DNA of 64,000 nucleotides from an uncultured Actinomycetota bacterium (GTDB lineage: Bacteria; Actinomycetota; Actinomycetes; CAWDCV01). Both the position numbers and the translations under genes were made by a program. This document shows positions 63,294 to 64,000 of this stretch, one piece after another. Under the pieces are notes generated by a model. The model ran no database searches and had not been told where the DNA came from. It saw nothing but the letters and a program-made list of their open reading frames with translations. Location of the stretch: positions 21,867 to 85,866 of the forward strand of contig CAWDCV010000002.1 in the NCBI GenBank assembly GCA_963801015.1. Direction: 5' to 3'. Every line of letters starts with the position of its first letter. The stretch's first letter is position 1.

Positions 63294-64000
63294 GGTCCCC
63301 CCCAAAAAAGAGTGGACTCCGCCGTGCTGGCGCACGGTAATCGCCTGCATTGTCGGCCGGAAGCGTTGAAAAGCGTCACGCGCCTCCGCCGCATGCCCCG
63401 AGACCGAGCGCCTACGTGACATCCGCCCGTGCCCTCCCCGACCATCCAGTCTCCAGTCGTGCAACCCAGTAAATGAGACTCGGATGGGGGGATAAGAGCA
63501 GTGGTGGCAGCCACCAGCAATAGGCCCAAAACGAGTGACGCATCTGTCGCTGGTTGTTGCTGTCAATTGCCCTAAATTCTGGTTCTTATACGCAAAACAC
63601 GCATACGGGGGCAATCGGTGGGGGCGCTGCCCGGCGACTCATCTAACCGTCAACGTGCTGGGCCCGTTGTCGTCGTTCGAACGCTGCGGCGTGGTGGACA
63701 CAAGCGCTTGCCTGTGGTGGGCCTCCAGAGCCGCCCTTCCCCACCTGCCACCGCGTCAACGCCTAGACCGGTGGTAGCCCCAGGAGTTCTACGCACATTC
63801 CTGCGGGTCCCAGCTGGACACTGAGAAGACGTGCGGCGACCACGGGGACGTTCCCCTCATGAGCGAGCGATTTCGGTTGATGTCTCCACACGACCTCTCT
63901 AGCCGCTATCGGTTTCGGCTAACGGAATGCCTTGCCGTTCGGTGCCCTCGGTCCTTCGACAAGCCCGAGTTCCCTTACAGAGCAGGCCTTTCCGGGCTTC

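Noticed and set aside
63520-63560. possible group II intron domain V (CCGTATGCG...)
   Set aside because: The flanking halves are mirror-symmetric, not complementary. No stem can form.
63840-64000. possible RNase P RNA or rRNA 5' end
   Set aside because: Lacks GGAAAGTCCGGGCTCC and other universal motifs.

Overview
This is a high-GC window that looks actinobacterial. I assigned all genes by reading motifs in the translated ORF track; I ran no searches. From 1 to about 51.8 kb it is conserved chromosomal backbone on both strands. The backbone carries dnaG (partial), phzF-like, dgt, ppdK, glyQS, a SorC-regulated polyol ABC-uptake operon with three zinc-dependent medium-chain dehydrogenases, a znuACB-zur zinc operon with a putative Zur box, uppS, recO, leuA, era, ybeY, phoH, rsmE, dnaJ, hrcA with an upstream CIRCE element, hemW, a fadD-like ligase, lepA, rpsT, holA, comEC, comEA, degV, a marR-doxX-reductase module and leuS. 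The hrcA to uppS segment follows the mycobacterial Rv2374c to Rv2361c gene order, with leuA and a CPBP protease inserted between era and recO. From about 51.9 kb to the end the window looks like an accessory island with a different character. Several small genes there appear frameshifted or truncated: a GNAT, an SDR, an SRPBCC protein, vapC of a vapBC pair, an EthD-like protein and a lactonase fragment. Among these, intact genes remain: a DinB-family protein, an MFS transporter, a LuxR/TPR regulator, two tandem ABM-like paralogs, and a translationally coupled three-gene cassette that I judge the best candidate for an undescribed system. The cassette encodes a 162-aa protein with a Cys/His-ladder C-terminus, a 226-aa conserved unknown protein and a small SAM methyltransferase. 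I found no rRNA, tRNA, CRISPR array or intact mobile element. Starts were chosen by RBS and overlap logic, and most are about +/-30 nt uncertain. Coordinates read off the sequence lines can be off by one.
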